The position numbers were made by a program, and so were the translations under genes. Below are positions 60,761 through 64,000 of a stretch of DNA of 64,000 nucleotides, in pieces. This DNA is from Mobula birostris (Eukaryota), in contig NC_092371.1 of the NCBI RefSeq assembly GCF_030028105.1, forward strand, positions 240,344,501 to 240,408,500, given 5' to 3'. The notes under the pieces are model-generated. The model did no database searches. It worked only from the letters and a program-made list of their open reading frames with translations, and was not told where the DNA came from. The first letter of the stretch is position 1, and each line of letters opens with the position of its first letter.

Positions 60761-62246
60761 TCTACACTGGATGTCGTCCTTAGTCCTACAATCCTGCCGA
60801 ATGATGCTTCCAAAATTCAGTTAGAGTGCATGATAAATACTTTCAGCAGTCAGCTGCAATGTCAAATAAGCCATAAATTTGAAAACATTTGATATTTTGG
60901 GAAATCTAATAATTATTTGTTTTCCACGGACGAGCAAGTGACAAGATGTTTATGTGCCTACTCGAAAGAAAAACAAAGTTGTATATAAATCCATCTTTTA
61001 TATAAATGTAAAAAAATGTTTCAAATTATATAACATTTAAAACCAGAATTGTCACAAGTCAGTGCAAATATTTTGTATATAAAGGTGATTGCTTTCCAAG
61101 GTTGTTCTTCCACCTGTAAATATGGAATTTACATTTGCCTTTAAGCCTCCATACCTTGCCCCTGCTCTGATCTTCACCACATTAAGTATTTCCCTCCCTA
61201 TAGCTTTCTATTGCCATTTCTTCATAATATCATTTCACACTCTGAAAAACATTCAGATGCATTCCTTCATCCACCTTGCAGTCCATATCCATATTTCATA
61301 CACCTTGCAATCCAACTCCAGATATTTAACAAGACTTTCTTAACTGTTTAGTCTTGAGCCCCCTTTTGGACTGTATATTACTATTGCTTTTGATCTCAGT
61401 TATCCTCCTTCACTTTTGATGATTTTGACTCTTAGTTGCCCGTTCTCTCAGCGATTTCATTTGTCAATTCATAACATGTCTAGTGCACTGGTTTTGTTGG
61501 ATCCCATCAAATATGCAGTAGGAGTCCAAGTTTACCAAATCACCCACTCATGGGATCACTCTAGAGTTCAAAGGTATTCAGCTAAAATTTCTTCGGAGCA
61601 AATTCTTTCTAAATCTCTATTTTTCTTCATCGCCTGTTTCACCTCAATGTTGCAGCCAGAAGGATGCCTGACTTTTGCATTCATTGCGGTAGCCTCTTGA
61701 AAGGGGATATTGAAGGCATTCTTTTATTCTTCCAAGTTTCCTGGCCATGATCCATAAGGGTCTATACCTTGAGGCCTCCATTATTCAAGATCAAGCACGG
61801 GTGAAGCCAGGTCAGTATGATATGGAGAGTAAGCTATTGCCCACATAGCAGGCTCCATCTCTCTGTGCATCTGATGAAACCAAAGGAACAGATTGGCACC
61901 AGCAACAGCACAGGAGTTGCCAGTCAGCATTGAACTCAACTTCCTTAGGGACTCCAACTCTTTTTTTTTCTCCCCCCTCTGGTTTTCCTGCTGAAGCCTT
62001 CCCTATGAATGGGGATGACCACAAAGCAGCAGAGGGGGTTTGAGATCAGAGTTTTCCTTCTAGATGAGCTGACAAACACTGTCTGCCCAAAGCAACTGGT
62101 TTTAAGGAGCCGGTGACCCTTCTGTCAGTAGAAACTGTTCTGCTAGTCTTGGTAGCTAAGCCACATGTGAAGGGCCAGGAGCTGGAATTGGTTGTCAGAG
62201 TCTATTTGAGGTGCACACCATTGGGAGCATTTAACAGGGAGCTTAT

Positions 62247-62508
62247 CCCACTTGCCACCCCTGGCCATAACAACCTTAAGGAACCAATAGTCTATATACT
62301 GTAGTTAAAATCTGAGGGTTTTTTTTTAAAGATTCTATATGAAAAAAAGATTTTTTTAAGGTGTAATTAGAATGCCACCCCACTTGCCACCCCTGGCTAT
62401 AACAACCTTAAGGAACCAATAGTCTATATACTGTAGTTAAAATCTGATGGTTTGTTTTTTAAAGATTCTATATGAAATAAAGATTTTTTTAAGGTGTAAT
62501 TAGAATGC
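62247..62508. repeat. ~130-bp direct tandem duplication
   Basis: 62247-62375 is repeated at 62379-62508 with few differences. Confidence 0.95.
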
Positions 62509-62957
62509 TTGTTTACTAGATAGTTAATTTGTTACTGTACTTGGTACAAGCCTATTACTCTTCAATTTGCCTGTTTGACCAGTGAATGCTCATTTTTGGA
62601 ATCATTCCTGTAAATAACCATAGGATTATTGCAATAGAGTTTATGGGCAGTTTCCCAACAAATGCTGGGACTAAGCTTTTGAGATTTTTACCTAACTAAA
62701 ATACTTTTTCTTTTCATGTGCTTTGTTTGAGATCTTAGAGTAATGAAATCAATAATTTTCAATTGGAAAAATAACTTCAGCAAACATCAAAGTAACTTTA
62801 AATCTGATTAGACAATGCAATGGAAAATGGTGATCAAACTGTTCAGTTTGCTCTCAGGTGAGATTGTAAGCCATATGATCAGTCTAGGATTGCCTGCCCC
62901 GAGTACGCCAGGTAACTTTAATAAGTGTTCTTCTGTAAATGAGTTATGACTATGGGT

Positions 62958-63065
62958 TTAAACGCAAACAACCTGACGAAGGGTCCCGGCCTGAAACGTC
63001 GACTGCACCTCTTCCTACAGATGCTGCTTGGCCTGCTGCGTTTACCAGCAACTTTGATGTGTGTT
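62958..63065 (+). mobile_element. 108-bp Penelope-derived mini-element with hammerhead core
   Basis: CTGACGA-AGGGTCCCGGCCT-GAAACGTC at 62973-63000; 15-bp TSD GTTATGACTATGGGT at 62943-62957 and 63066-63080. Confidence 0.8.
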
Positions 63066-63404
63066 GTTATGACTATGGGTGCTAGTTAGGTATACATCAC
63101 TCTGGTTTATGCAGCCTTATCTACCACAATTTGTTCTGCTGTCTCTGCAGGATGTATATTATACTTTATTTAAAAAGCACAGATTTTGAGTGTTGCTTTT
63201 GTGGACGTTGTTTCCTTCGTGAGTTATGTTCAGATTAGAGACAGTGTCAAGATGGTGCCAGCAAACAACGCAACCAATGGCAACGTCCTGGTGACTTCAC
63301 AAGCTACTTCTTTTACTACTTTCAACTAAGTTGCGTGTGATTAGAACCTGTGATTTATACTTTGGCGGTGTGCTTTCAGGCCAATTGAGCAATCTGGCAC
63401 TTCC

Positions 63405-63571
63405 TGTGCCTACTCGAAAGAAAAACAAAGTTGTATATAAATCCACCTTTTATATAAATGTAAAAAGATGTTTCAAATTATATAACATTTAAAACCAGAA
63501 TTGTCACAAGACAGTGCAAATATTTTGTACATATAGGTGATTGCTTTCCAAGGTTGTTCTTCCACCTGTAA
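63405..63571 (+). repeat. 167-bp dispersed copy of 60953-61119
   Basis: Direct repeat TGTGCCTACTCGAAAG...CCACCTGTAA with few mismatches. Confidence 0.95.
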
Positions 63572-64000
63572 TTTTTGGAAGAAAACTCCCTCTCCAAGGG
63601 GGTTTGGTGTAGAGTGTGCAACCTGGAAACGGGGCATGAGCCTATGATTGACTCCATTTCTTCTCTCCAATTGAGGCATCGAGCAAGGTTGAAGCCGACA
63701 AGAACAAGAGCAGAGGATGGGTGGATGTTCAGCGCAGTCTACCTGCATTTGACTGGTCTTCCTCTCCTTGCTGGCTGCTGTTGGAGGAAAATGCAAGGGC
63801 TGTGGTAACCATGTTGCTAGGATTGATTGGCGAGGCTGTGGACTCATCTTGGGGGACCTTTGAGGTTCATGTTGCACATGTTCCTGGATTCTGGTTGCAC
63901 TTTTTTTTTTGCTGTTTTTGAGTGGTTTGATATGGGTGATCGATGTAAACTGGGGCGCTTCGGCAAAGAATGACCCCACGGTCTGCATCGGCTAGCGGCG

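Noticed and set aside
63473-63988. 171-aa minus-strand ORF
   Set aside because: Non-ATG start, no recognisable domain, and it crosses the junction of a duplicated AT-rich block and a repeat-like sequence.

Overview
Eukaryotic, intron-rich vertebrate DNA. The repeat content (abundant CR1 LINEs, HE1/V-type SINEs, Penelope remnants) suggests a cartilaginous fish; this is an inference. The window carries the conserved PBK-ESCO2-CCDC25 block: the last coding exon of PBK (+), a complete ESCO2 (-; 10 coding exons, 675 aa when spliced by hand) and a complete CCDC25 (+; 9 coding exons, 208 aa). ESCO2 and CCDC25 share a GC-rich divergent promoter. The ~10 kb first intron of ESCO2 holds most of the unusual material: (1) a decayed gamma/epsilon-like endogenous retrovirus with a putative 2H-phosphoesterase module, a clean deletion of RT, and a young CR1 fused in frame to gag; (2) its 3' LTR facing the promoter; (3) a ~2 kb 29-bp GC-rich minisatellite beside exon 1; (4) an apparently complete hammerhead-ribozyme mini-element in the sense orientation of the pre-mRNA. 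That mini-element belongs to a family of short Penelope-derived insertions with 13-15 bp target duplications. Everything was read by eye and no searches were run; repeat boundaries are approximate unless a TSD or TIR is quoted.
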